Of a stretch of DNA of 64,000 nt, positions 26,860 to 39,839 are shown piece after piece. The stretch is taken from assembly GCA_951406725.2 (NCBI GenBank), contig OX597834.1:28706001-28770000 (forward strand), read 5' to 3'. This stretch comes from Octopus vulgaris (lineage: Eukaryota). A program made the translations under genes and the position numbers. The notes beneath the pieces are model-generated. The model worked only from the letters and a program-made list of their open reading frames with translations, searched no databases and was not told the DNA's origin. How positions within the stretch are numbered: the first letter of the stretch is position 1; each line of letters begins with the position of its first letter.

Positions 26860-27625
26860 TTCATCTAGTTACTTAAGGCTCAATGTAATGTCAAAATCTT
26901 ATCTTCTTTATCAGTTGATTAGGTTCAAAGATTAGGTTTAAAGAAATAAAGGCGGCGAGCTGGCAGACCCGTTAGCACGATGGGCGAAATGCGTTGCCGT
27001 ATTTCGTCTGCCGTTACGTTCTGAGTTCAAATTCCGCCGAGGTCGACTTTGCCTTTTATCCTTTTGGGGTCGATAAATTAAGTACCAGTTACGCACTGGG
27101 GTCGATGTAATCGACTTAATCCGTTTGTCTGTCCTTGTTTGTCCCCTCTATGTTTAGCCTCTTGTGGGTAATAAAGAAGCAGATAAGATTAGGTTCAAAG
27201 AAATAAGTACAGATATAAAAACCAAAAGTCACTCATTTTATCACAATTCAAGTAATTCTTCTTAAACGTCTTCTGCAGTAGAATCAGCATCATATTTAAA
27301 TGGTTCTATCAAACGTGGTTTTACTTCAAAGGAAAATAAATTAGATAATCTTTAGTCCAAGTTAGTTTCTAAAAATAATCAGTATCTAGAATATATTTCA
27401 AGATCCATATTAAGTGAAGAGCATATTTCTGTCAGCTGTCAAAGAGGTTTTTCATGCTGTGAAGCAGGTTCTTAAGTAAAGTTTCTTGAAAATTTTCCAA
27501 TTTTTTCTTTCCATTTCCTTTCAATAATGTTTAACAATCACTCAATAATAATGAAATTTCATTGAAGATGAAATGATATCTCATTAAGTTTTTGAAATAT
27601 CCAATATAGATAGCAAATGTTATTT
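26860..27625 (-). mobile_element. Possible degraded hAT-like transposase fragment, interrupted by a SINE
   Basis: Minus-strand stretches like (Y)LDIFQKLNEISFHLQ and EELLEL; many stops and frameshifts. Confidence 0.35.
26951..27180 (+). mobile_element. SINE family C (other copies 2917-3130-, 3880-4092-, 7001-7231+, 8845-9050+, 11965-12163-, 18509-18925-, 33540-33760-, 48799-49002+)
   Basis: ggcggcgagctggcaga...gagttcaaattcc (B box)...ggggtcgat; ~21-bp TSD aagattaggtt(t/c)aaagaaataa. Confidence 0.88.
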
Positions 27626-28328
27626 TGATATTTCCTTATTTCTTTTGCGGTATGTCCGCCCACTCTACTTTCTTGAAAGATATATATATATATATATATA
27701 TGTAGCATCAGAAATACTTTGAAATCTTAGCAAGCAATTTCCTCAGGAGATTCATGTGACTTCCGTGTATAAACGAAGTCGTACGTAATGTTCGTTTTGA
27801 TGTGAACAAGACTTCCTGTATTGGGGATTGTTTTGTTATGTGATTTATTTCGTTTTATTTATAGTAAATAATGTAGGAGATTGTTACAAGACTGTGTCTG
27901 TGAACATACATTGTTTATGGAAGACCAGCAGCCGCCCATGCATACCGGCCTTCCCTCTTCATGCCATCGATATTATCCAAGGGAAAGGCAAAGGGGCCGA
28001 TACAGCTTGGCACCTGTGACGTCGTAACTCGTTTCTACAGCTGAGTGAACTGGAGCAACGTGAAATAAAATGTCTTGCTTAAGAACACAACACGCAGCCC
28101 GGTCTGGGATTCGAGCTCACAACCTCACGATCGTAAGCTCGACGCTCTAACCACTGAGCCATGCTATGATTTCCGGACATATTTCTTTTCCAAATTCGCT
28201 GCGAGGTTTTTATGCCTTCCCAAAATTTAAGCATCGCTAACATGTGCAATTGGTTTCGAATTTCTAATGGAGCGTTGTCTTCATCGAAACAGGATCATAA
28301 ACCAATAACAAACACCTCAGTAGTTTCT

Positions 28329-28729
28329 ACTCTTTAACTCTTTAACTTGTTTCAGTCATTTGACTGCGACCGTGTTGGAGCACCGCCTTAAGTCGAGCAA
28401 ATCGACCCCGGGACTTATTCTTTGTAAGCCCAGTACTTATTCTATCGGTCTCTTTTGCCGAACCGCTAAGTGACGGGGACGTAAACACACCAGCATCGGT
28501 TGTCAAGCAATGCTAGAGGGACAAACACAGACACACAAACATATACATACACATACATATATACGATGGGCTTCTTTCAGTTTCCGTCTACCAAATCCAC
28601 TCACAAGGCTTTGGTCGGCCCGAGGCCTATAGAAGAAGACACTTGCCCAAGATGCCACGCAATGGGACTGAACCCCGAACCATGTGGTTGGTAGGCAAGC
28701 TACTTACCACACAGCCACTCCTGCGCCTA
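28329..28729 (-). mobile_element. SINE family B copy
   Basis: Full-length match. Confidence 0.88.
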
Positions 28730-28878
28730 TTTAAGTATTTCTAAGTATTTTATAAACAATCTATCTTCTTTCTGAATCGAGCACAACCACACACGCTAAC
28801 GTCATTTTTAAAATATCATAAGCATGCCTAGGAAACGTCTTTGTTATCGACAACTGTATTGCAGTTCGTCCACCAGCG

Positions 28879-29263
28879 TGGAGGCGCAATGGCCCAGTGG
28901 TTAGGGCAGCGGACTCGCGGTCGTAGGATCGCGGTTTCGATTCCCAGACCGGGCGTTGTGAGTGTTTATTGAGCGAAAACACCTAAAAGCTCCACGAGGT
29001 TCCGGCAGGGGATGGTGGTGATCCCTGCTGTACTCTTTCACCACAACTTTCTCTCACTCTTACTTCCTGTTTCTGTTGTACGTGTATTTCAAAGGGCCGG
29101 CCTTGTCACTCTCTGTGTCACGCTGAATATCCTCGAGAACTACGTTAAGGGTACACGTGTGTGTGGAGTGCTCAGCCACTTACAATTTAATTTCACGAGC
29201 AGGCTGTTCCGTTGATTCGGATCAACCGGAACCCTCGTCGTCGTAACCGACGGAGTGCTTCCA
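28879..29263 (+). mobile_element. SINE family A copy
   Basis: Full length; flanked by direct repeat cagttcgtccacc. Confidence 0.9.
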
Positions 29264-29339
29264 ACAACAGTTCGTCCACCGAAATTAGGAAATTCGTTTT
29301 TTGCTTTCTTCAGTTTTTTCTATTTTAATATTCTTATAT

Positions 29340-29508
29340 AGGCGCAGGAGTAGCTGTATGGTAAGTAGCTTGTCTACCAATCACATGGTTCTGGGTTCAG
29401 TCCCACTGCGTGGCACCTTGGGCAAGTGTCTTCTACTATAGCCTCGGGCTGACCAAAGCCTTGTGAGTGGATTTGGTAGACGGAAACTGAAACTGAAAGA
29501 AACCCGTC

Positions 29509-29547
<39 letters not shown>

Positions 29548-29768
29548 TGTGTGTGTTTGTGTGTCTGTGTCTGTCCCCCTAGCATTGCCTGACAACCGAT
29601 GCTGGTGTGTTTATGTCCCCGTTACTTAGCGGTTCGGCAAAAGAGACCGATAGAATAAGTACTGGGCTTACAAAAGAATAAGTCCCGGGGTCGAGTTGCT
29701 CGATTAAAGGCGGTGCTGCAGCATGGCCACAGTCAAATGACTGAAACAAGTAAAAGAGTAAAAGAGAG
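29340..29768 (+). mobile_element. SINE family B copy
   Basis: Full-length match. Confidence 0.88.
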
Positions 29769-29981
29769 CAAGTGAAACATTTGGACATTATTGTTTTGAA
29801 TGCCGGAACTCACGAGGCCGGTTGCCTGGTTTTAATGGCTTATAAATGAGCGAGATCACAACCCACATCCACCTCGTTTAACTAATTAAATATTCTTTTG
29901 TTTTTTTGTGTGACGACCGAGAAGCGAGAGGAATACACATTATTGTTCAAAAGAAATATGTGTAGGTATATATAAACGTAT

Positions 29982-30031
<50 letters not shown>

Positions 30032-30033
<2 letters not shown>

Positions 30034-30328
30034 AAAGTTTCTTGTCGAAGATACGTCTCGCTTTCACCTTCGAAACGTAGAGTAGATGAAACCATAGCGA
30101 CTGAAGAAGGGGTTTTTTCTTTGTGTTAATTGTCCTGTACTCTATTTTTTGTTGTTTAAAAAATGTCCAGTTCCTTTGGTTTGTGTCTATGTTTTCGTTT
30201 CTCATTGTGTTCGACGTCTTTTTGGTGTCCTGTACTCATATATGCGTGTATATGTACATGTAGAGGTAGGTACGTACATATATGTTTATATATATGCATA
30301 TGTTTTATTTTATTTATTTTATTTTATT

Positions 30329-30330
<2 letters not shown>
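30032..30330 (+). repeat. (TA)n-associated dispersed repeat (other copies 9531-9770+, 30890-31260+, 56900-57290-)
   Basis: Shared ...cgaaacgtagagtagatgaaac...ctgaagaagggg...ttgtcctgtactc...gtagaggtaggtacg sequence; class unknown, possibly PLE-derived. Confidence 0.6.
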
Positions 30331-30408
<78 letters not shown>

Positions 30409-30454
30409 CGTTAGCTACTACACGTAATTTTTTCTCTCCTGTTTTCTCCGTGTA

Positions 30455-30492
30455 TCTTTCTGTCGAAGAGCGTAGGCTCGAAACGTAAAAGA
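30455..30492 (+). ncRNA. Hammerhead-like motif, core variant CUGUCGA
   Basis: ucuuu-CUGUCGA-a-gagc(guag)gcuc-GAAAC-GUA-aaaga inside a (TA)n/(GATA)n-flanked repeat (30409-30585). Confidence 0.5.
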
Positions 30493-30580
30493 CTTTTTCT
30501 ATTCCTGAACGCTATACTAATACATTTGTTTGTTTGTACTCCACCTGCCTTCGTCTTTTGTTTATTTTCGTAAACTTTCC

Positions 30581-30637
<57 letters not shown>

Positions 30638-30850
30638 TCTATCTAACTTTATATATATTCATATAGATGTTAACATATTCACATACATACACATATACAT
30701 ATATAATTTATTATTCATAGCTATTTAATGCTATCGCGCCCGCGATCCACCTAAGTCACTGCTGGTGATATCAGCAATTTTAAAATTTATCCACAGATGA
30801 TATGAACAGTAGTGATATCTGACTTCAAATCTCAGTGTTTAAATGTTTTG

Positions 30851-30896
<46 letters not shown>

Positions 30897-31326
30897 ACTG
30901 TCGTTACTGTCCTGGTTTTGTTACCATTTTTACCCCTCTGCAAAAAGATCTCAAATTTTATTTGATTTGCTTTTCGCAGGAAGGAAAGTTTCTTTCGAAG
31001 ATCCGTTCGCCTTCACCTTCGAAACGTAGAGTAGATGAAACCATGGCGACTGAAGAAGGGGTTTTTTCCTTGTGCTATTTGTCCTGTACTCTATTTTTTT
31101 GTTGTTTTAAAAAAATGTCCAGTTCCTTGGGTTTGTGTCTATGTTTTCGTTTCTCATTGTGTTCGACGTCCTTTTGGTGTCCTGTATATATGCGTGTATA
31201 TATACATGTAGAGGTAGGTACGTACATATATGTATATATATATGCATGTGTTTTATTTATTAATATATTATATATATATGTATATGTATACATATATATT
31301 TGTATGTGTATACATACATACATACA

Positions 31327-31362
<36 letters not shown>

Positions 31363-31839
31363 TATGTATATATATAAAAAATATATATATATATATAAAG
31401 AGAGAGAGAGAGAGAAAGGGAAGAGTCAAGTGCACTTATATATATATATATATATATGCACACACACACATATATAAATATACACAACATATGTATTTGT
31501 TTGTATGCATTTGTAAATGTGTGTACGTCGTGTATGTGTGTATGGGTGTGTGTGTGTTTATGCGTTTCTAAGAGTGATTTTTTTTTGTTATGCTTGAGTA
31601 GACGTCTTCAGCGTTTTATTTTTTTGATTCTTCTCCGGATGGAAACGTTAATCTTCTCCATTTCTGTGTATTGAGTCATGTAATTAATAACACCCACCTC
31701 ACCCGACACACGACACACACACGTACATATACACTTAACATCACATACGTACACATTCAAAATAGGCATTCAACACACACACACAAACACATACCCACGC
31801 ATACACACATACATACATACATGCATGCATATATATATA

Positions 31840-31887
<48 letters not shown>

Positions 31888-31891
31888 CATA

Positions 31892-31925
<34 letters not shown>

Positions 31926-32150
31926 CTCTTACTCTTTTACTTGTTTCAGTCATTTGACTGCGGCCATGCTGGAGCACCGCCTTTAGTCGAGCAACTCGAC
32001 CCCCGGGACTTATTCTTTTTGCAAGCCCAGTACTTATTCTATCGGTCTCTTTTACCGAACCGCTAAGCGACGGGGACGTAAACACACCAGCATCAGTTGT
32101 CAAGCAATGCTAGGGGGACAAACACAGGCACACAAACATATACACACACA

Positions 32151-32198
<48 letters not shown>

Positions 32199-32789
32199 TA
32201 CGACAGGCTTCTTTCAGTTTCCGTCTACCAAATCCACTCACAAGGCATTGGTCGGCCCGAGGCTATAGTAGAAGACACTTGCCTAAGATGCCACACAGTG
32301 GGACTGATATATAGATATATATTATATGTGTGTGTTTTTATGTATGTATATGTATATGTATATATATATATGCACACACACACAATACCATATTCGTATA
32401 CCAACATTCACTTACATGCATACATATGCACATATACACGCTGTGCATATACGCAAAGAGATACATACACATACACAAGTACGCATATACATTCATACAT
32501 ACAGACATACATTCATATAAACACGCAAGTGCGCTTGCACGTACATACACACACACACGCACAAACTGTAACATACATACAGAAACACATACGCGCGAAC
32601 ACACGCACATCGCATACACATACACCGAGGTATGGCCGTGTAGTTACACATACACTGAATTAATGGCTGTGTGGTAAGTTCTGGGGTTCGATTCCATTAT
32701 TCAGACGTCGTTTTGTGGATGTGTCTTCTACCATGACGTCGGGTAGATCAAAACCCTATCAGTGAAACTTAGTGATCAGAGCCTGTATA

Positions 32790-33299
32790 CCGTAAATCAT
32801 CGAGTACGATCTGCATTTTTTCCCCAAATTTAAAGGTCAAAATCCCTAGTGCGTATTATATACGAGGTTAAAAATGAAAAATATTTTCTAAGTCTCTATT
32901 TGCTGTCCGGCAATGTTTATTCAGCCGCATTTTGTGATGTCGTGCGCGAAAATACCTTAAGCTAAGCCCGAAGGCAATGAAGTCATAAAAGAATCATCCA
33001 TAACTTGCGGTAAGCAACATTTATTAAAATAAAAGTATTCAGATCACAGAATAACATTTAACTAAAACAATTTGCAAACATATTTACATTCCCATATAAC
33101 AGTTAAGAACACCACCATTATTGATTTACGCATACGCTGAAGTGTTTGTTCGATTAGGTACTGTTGGCTTAATTACGCATAACTCAAGTTAGAGAAGGAG
33201 TGCGTATTATACACAAGGTTTAGGTTTTTCAGAGGTACAGCCCCCTAAAAGTCCCCTGCGTTTTATACTCAAGGGCGGACTATACTCGAAGATTTACGG
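32790..33299. mobile_element. Tc1/mariner-superfamily (pogo/Tc2-like) MITE
   Basis: TA-ccgtaaatcatcgagta ... tactcgaagatttacgg-TA. Confidence 0.8.
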
Positions 33300-33769
33300 T
33301 AAATACCCGACAGACACTTATATATATATTCTAGGTGACTGGATATATATCCATATATCAACCGACCCCGGCTTCTTTCAGTTCTCCGTTTGCAAATCCA
33401 CTCACAAGGCATTGGTCGGACTGAGGGCTATAGCAGAAGACACTTGCCCAAGATGCCACGCAGTAACTCGATATATAGATATATATTATATGTGTGTGTT
33501 TTTATGTATGTATATGTATATGTATATTTTTTTTTTTTTACTACCCACAGGGGCTAAACACAGAGAGGATAAACAAGGACAGACAAACGGATTAAGTCGA
33601 TTACATCGACCCAGTGCGTAACTGGTACTTAATTTATCGACCCCGAAAGGATGAAAGGCAAAGTCGACCTCGGCGGAATTTGAACTCAGAACGTAACGTC
33701 AGACGAAATACGGCTACGCATTTCGCCCGGCGTGCTAACGTTTCTGCCAGCTCGCCGCCTTTCCTAGAA

Positions 33770-34850
33770 GAGTTATAGATGTAGAGTTCCCAGGAACCTC
33801 CTCGACAGGGGTCCTATCAGAAGCAACCGTCATCATAATTTCTTTCTGGATTTCCAAGCGCGAACAAACCGAGACTATTGGTATTATCTAATCATCTTAT
33901 TCTTGGTCTTCTTCTAGGCCTCCTGTCAGTCGACTCAGCATTGAAGAATTTGTCTTGCGACTCTTTCATGCGACATTCTTAACACATGTCCGAAGCAGCG
34001 GAGCTGTAAGCTCCCAATGCAGAAAAGTAAACAGCTGAACCTGGTGAAATACCCTGATCGGATCTTTTCCTTTTGAACGGCAGACAATTTCTAGTTAACT
34101 AAACACTTTAAAACTTCGTATACTGGTAGAATGTGTCAAAATAAAACATTTTTTTCTCTTGGCTGTCTTGAGAAAATTGTAATTTGTTTGTTTAACGTAG
34201 TTTAATTTTTCGAATTTTAACCAATCCTATGCTCTTTTTTGAGTTAAATCATTTGCTGCGTCTAAAACTGAGACAACATCTTACAACTAACCCTAAACCT
34301 CCCCCTAACTCTAACCCTAACCCTAAATTTTTTTTTCTTAATTGTTAAATTAATTTAATTGTTACGCGTTTAAAAAAAACTAAAGCAATGGAATTAAATT
34401 AATTTAACAATTAAGAAAAAAAATTAGGGTTAGGGTGGAGGTTTAGGGTTAGTTACAGGATGTTGTCTCAGTTTTAGACGCAGCAAATGATTTTAGTTGA
34501 ATGGAGGTAATTGATTGGTTAAAATTGCCGAAATGCTCGGATTTTCAGACGAAATATCTTACAAACTATAGAATTTTCTCAATAAAACCAAGAGAAAATG
34601 ATGTTTTATAAACACATCTTACCAGTATACGAAGTTTAAAAGTGTTTAGTTAACTAGAAATTGTGTTGACATCTGCCGTTCAAAAGGAAAAGATCCCTCT
34701 GATCTTCGAGCTGAGTACTCTTTTGAGTAGCGTTACCCCAGAGTCCCTTCCGAGGAACCCTCTTCAGCTGCTTGTACTCGCGATTATACTCGTTCGGTCA
34801 ATATCCAGCATATATGACCATAGGTGATGATAGGCACGAAAACTCAATCG
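33770..34850 (-). mobile_element. Degraded RTE-clade LINE fragment hosting a MITE
   Basis: Minus strand LQLRCFGHVLRMSHERVARQIL near 33940-34010. Confidence 0.55.
34060..34696. mobile_element. Palindromic MITE (Merlin-like) with internal telomere-like repeats
   Basis: TIR ggatcttttccttttgaacggcag; 8-bp TSD ccctgatc/ctctgatc (7 of 8 match); (CCCTAA)-like left arm and (TTAGGG)-like right arm. Confidence 0.8.
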
Positions 34851-35099
34851 TTAAATTTTAGAAAGAAAAAGAAAAGAAAAACAAGTCAGAGACACATATA
34901 GATAGAATAATAGATATATTGTTATTGCAGACATGAAACGTAGTAAAACAACCACAAAAGGACTTTGGACATTGGTTACACAGCGAGCTTGATGATTTAC
35001 ACGTGATGTGTCTACAAAGAGTCAGGTTACACGCAGGGCCGAACGCCTCTCTACAGGCTAGGTCACACACAAGGGGCTGTTGTTTGCACAAGGGACTCG

Positions 35100-35269
35100 T
35101 TACCACACAGGCTTGGTTAGTAAGAGCGCTGGCAGCGAAATACGTTTGGCTAAAGTTTCTAATAAGTAGCGAGTGTACTGTGAAAGAGCAACAGAAGCTA
35201 CAGTCGTTCTGTGACACATGCAGCCATTATCCAGCACTTTCTCTTCGCGCTTTTTTCGTCTCTGTCGAC
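35100..35269 (-). CDS. C16orf89: C16orf89/UPF0764-like protein, last coding exon
   Basis: attttgtag| acceptor, phase 1; GRQRRKKREEKVLDNGCMCHRTTVASVALSQYTRYLL...* resembles 'RRVKRREKQFPDGCSSHNTATAVAALGGFLYIL'; stop TAA at 35100-35102. Confidence 0.92.
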
Positions 35270-35437
35270 CTACAAAATAAGAATTAACACAGAAGTTGGT
35301 TTTATACACGCCAAGGCAAAACAAGTAAAATATTTAAAGAATATAAGAATAAAAGAATACATACACGCACACACACATATATTAGGCCAAGTCCGGTGAT
35401 CCTAGAGACGGTCATGGGGCGGTTACCTCCCCTGTCA

Positions 35438-35498
<61 letters not shown>

Positions 35499-35631
35499 AT
35501 CAGTAACAATTTAGATTCAAACGAATATGGTACTTAATTTAGATGCACCAGAATTTTGTATGGTGTTACCCATAAAAATTTGCGGGGTGATTATAATCAA
35601 AAATAAGCAACAAGAATGACTCCGGTAGTTT

Positions 35632-35713
35632 GGTACAATTGTTTCGCACTACAACATTTTATTAAAAGTTGTAAGAATTACAGCAGATTTATGATGCTGA
35701 GTGCTCTTCAGCC
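35632..35713 (-). ncRNA. Minimal type I hammerhead ribozyme with extended stem II
   Basis: Minus strand gg-CUGAAGA-gcacucagcau...auguug(u)agugc-GAAA-C(aauu)G-UA-cc; palindromic stem III ACAAUUGU; stem I only 2 bp. Confidence 0.7.
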
Positions 35714-36014
35714 GATTATATAGGTTTTCCAATAATATAAAAGCTTTCAAATCAAGTAGTAACACTTTAGAGAAGGTAGATATATATATATATATATTAA
35801 TGAGTGTATGTATGTATGTATGTATGTATGTATGTATGTATGTATGTATGTATGTATGTATTGCACTCTTCTTACAGCATTAAGAGTATTCTAACTCTTA
35901 TTTCTAGCAATGTAGGTGCTTCGGTACCTTTAGTCACACTTAGTGATAATTATATTTTTCCTTATATATATATATATATATGTGTCTATCGAGTTGCGCT
36001 TCATAATAACAGGA

Positions 36015-36089
36015 ATCTTACTGAAGAGCCTACCTGAGTAAATAAATATTATTTTTATTGCTGAAAAAGGTGAAACTGCAGTCTAAGAT
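36015..36089 (+). ncRNA. Minimal type I hammerhead ribozyme
   Basis: aucuua-CUGAAGA-gccu...aggu-GAAA-C(ugca)G-UC-uaagau: perfect 6-bp stem I, palindromic stem III ACUGCAGU, GUC site. Confidence 0.85.
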
Positions 36090-36254
36090 GAACAGAGTTA
36101 GTAAAAGTTTTTATTTTCACTTCACTAAATTTATCAAGCTTCTGTGTTTCTAGTACATACGTCGCCTTTAATGTACTTATATATGAATAATATATGGCCT
36201 GTGCTAGAAACACCAGCGATAATAATTAATTTTATTTTATCGCATTTTGAATTT

Positions 36255-36339
<85 letters not shown>

Positions 36340-36411
36340 ATATATATGTGTGTGTATGTATGCATGCATGTATATATATATATAAACATACATATATATG
36401 TATATGTATAC

Positions 36412-36488
<77 letters not shown>

Positions 36489-36902
36489 ACAAGCACGTGT
36501 AATATATATTACACGTACTTGTTGGTCCTCCTGCTCTCGGCTATACATTTCTTTCGTTATCGAACACATAACACATTATGTTACTGTCAGTTAAATGGGC
36601 ATGATTATAACACCTCTATTGATCTGCTGATGATTATATATGTAGCACATGAAACTTTTCAGTCTGAAAGTTTGGCGTTTAATAAAGATATTTATTTGAA
36701 CATCTGGACTTATAGATGCTCTTCTTAATATATTTAGATGCGTGACTACACACTGACATAAACATCAACACAAAACAAACACACATATGTATGTATAAAT
36801 GTATAAATATATGTAATTGTACATGTATGTGTGCGCGTATATATATATATATACATATACATACGTAACACATATGTGTTTGCATATATGTTGTCGTTTG
36901 TG

Positions 36903-36933
<31 letters not shown>

Positions 36934-37009
36934 TTGAGTGCCGAGAATAGTAATGGTAGGTAGAAATATGATAGAAATATAGAGGTAGAAGTTTTAGTTT
37001 AAAGAATAA

Positions 37010-37145
<136 letters not shown>

Positions 37146-37965
37146 TACATATATATATATATATAGATTGATAGATAGATAGATAGGTGTGAAAGAGACG
37201 GTTGGTAGTGGAAGAGAGAGTCAACATGTGTATGTGTATGTGTATATATACATGTGATTGTGCATGTAATATTATCTAGATATTGTCCATATATATTGTG
37301 TGTGTATGTATATACATACCTATATGTGTGTGTGTGTGTTTGTGTGTTTGTGTGTCTGTGCCCGTGCATGTGAGTGCGTGCGTGTGCGTGTGTCGTTCCA
37401 GGCTATAAACGTGACGAGATTTCAATAGAAGCCATCGTCTGCGGTCTAAAGTTACCATTTTGTTATTAGTACTCATCTAGTATTTCTGTCCTTCTTCGAC
37501 GGTTCTTTACAAACCGTCTTACTACACACCTTCTTTACCTGACATCTCTTTTTAAGCTTATCCTTTTCTCCCCTCACTTCTATCTCTCTCTCTCCCCCCT
37601 CTCTCTACGTCTTTATCTTTCCTTTTCTCTTTTCACGTCATTTTCATTCTGTTCCAAATCTCAATGTTCTGCTCATTTAAGCCAAAAGCTTGTTCGCAAG
37701 ATTTTGGTCAAATATACATTCGAGTGTGTAATGTTCTACGTAAGTGTGTGTATGTGTGTGCATGAGAGTGTGTGTGTTTGTATACATACGCAAACATACA
37801 CGCACATGTGCACTTATATACATGCAAATAAATACACGCGCATACGTCTATGCGCAAACACAAAAATACAAGTAGGTAGACATGCCATGGCAAGATATTA
37901 TATAGATATGTTGTTCTATATGCAAACTTGTATGCATACATGTGGGTGTGTGTGCGTATGTATAA

Positions 37966-37996
<31 letters not shown>

Positions 37997-38140
37997 GGAA
38001 TATAGATACACTCACACACGTAGATAATACCTCCCACCTGTTTCATCGTCCTCAGTCCAATCTCATCCATCCAACCCCCTATCACTCTCTCTCCTCTCCG
38101 TGTATCTATATATTAATATAGATATAATACATACATTCAT

Positions 38141-38172
<32 letters not shown>

Positions 38173-38199
38173 CGTCTTTATTCTTACTTCCCTATCTAC

Positions 38200-38230
<31 letters not shown>

Positions 38231-38240
38231 CATACACGTG

Positions 38241-38277
<37 letters not shown>

Positions 38278-38738
38278 TGGACCGCTGAGATCTACAAGTT
38301 TTTTTCATTCTCTCTCTTTATTTTCTCTTATTCCTTTCCTTTGAAGAGCATAGGCTCGAAACATAAACGACTTTTTCATTTTCCCGAGCGTCAAACTAAT
38401 GCACTTGCTTGTTGTTCATACACTTGTCCTTTGTTTTTCTCTAAATGTTAACTATATATATATGTGTGTGTGTGGGGTGTCGTCTGTGTGTGTGTGTTGT
38501 TCTTTTGAGCAAGACACTTTATTTCACGTTATTCCAGTTCACTCACCTGTAGAAATGAGTTGCGACGTCACAAGTGCCAAATTGTATCGGCCTTTCCCTT
38601 TCCCTTGGACAACATCAGTTGTATACACGGGGAACTGCTGGTCTTCTATAAACAACCTAACCCGGACTTGTGCCTCCAAGGGGATCACTCTAAGTGCAAT
38701 CTCGTGATCATTCATGACCGAAATGGACCTTCCCTTCG

Positions 38739-38857
<119 letters not shown>

Positions 38858-38916
38858 ATATGTATATATGTATATATGTATATATGTATATATGTATATA
38901 TATATATATATATGTG

Positions 38917-38949
<33 letters not shown>

Positions 38950-39085
38950 ATCTCCCCTAATTTCGCTCTTGCGTCTCATGTTTGATCTTTGACTTCTGGC
39001 CGAAATCAGATCGCCATGTTGATTCGCTAGCTTTTGCACGCATATTTTTTCTCTCCTTCTTTCTGTGTTTTTTTTTCTCTGTGTA

Positions 39086-39123
39086 TCTTTCTGTTGAAGA
39101 GCATAGGCTCGAAACGTTAAAGA
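39086..39123 (+). ncRNA. Hammerhead-like motif, core variant CUGUUGA
   Basis: ucuuu-CUGUUGA-a-gagc(auag)gcuc-GAAAC-GUU-aaaga; same repeat family as 30455 and a more decayed copy near 38338-38370. Confidence 0.5.
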
Positions 39124-39259
39124 CTTGTTTCATTTATATTTCCTGAGCACCATACTAATACAATTGTTTGTTTGTATTCCACCTGCCTTCTTCTTTTGTT
39201 TATTTCCGTAAACCTGCCTTCGTCTTTTGTCTATTTTCATAAAGCTTACCGTTATATAT

Positions 39260-39361
<102 letters not shown>

Positions 39362-39839
39362 ATGTATATATTCCAAGAGAGTTAGAGGTTGTGAATCCAA
39401 CCCACTAAGGGATAATATCTATCCAGTATACTGCTGGTAGAAAACCCAATTATTAATACACAAGTGTTTTTATTGCATTGCAATTACATTATCAAGTGGA
39501 ATGAATGGGTGAGGGTAAAGAATTATTTTACCATTAATTTATAGAGCAATAAGAAAATGGAGGGGATCAATAGGTGGTGTTCATCAACTTTTAGACATCA
39601 TATTATGTCAATTTATTTATTTATTTAGACATATAAAGGCATATTCATGCACATACACACACACACATATACTCGCACTCACACACTCACACACACACAC
39701 TCACACGCCTGCTCTCGTCTTGACGGTATGTATGCATCATTATTAGCTTAACGCTCAGGTTACTAGAAAGAGCTAACTTATGACGTTTCGGATATTATTG
39801 CTTCATCAGTATATCGAGTAGGCCGATTCCGATACTCAC

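Noticed and set aside
38030-38058. Minus-strand CTGAGGA-cgat-GAAAC
   Set aside because: Stem II too short, no valid cleavage triplet or stem I; likely chance.
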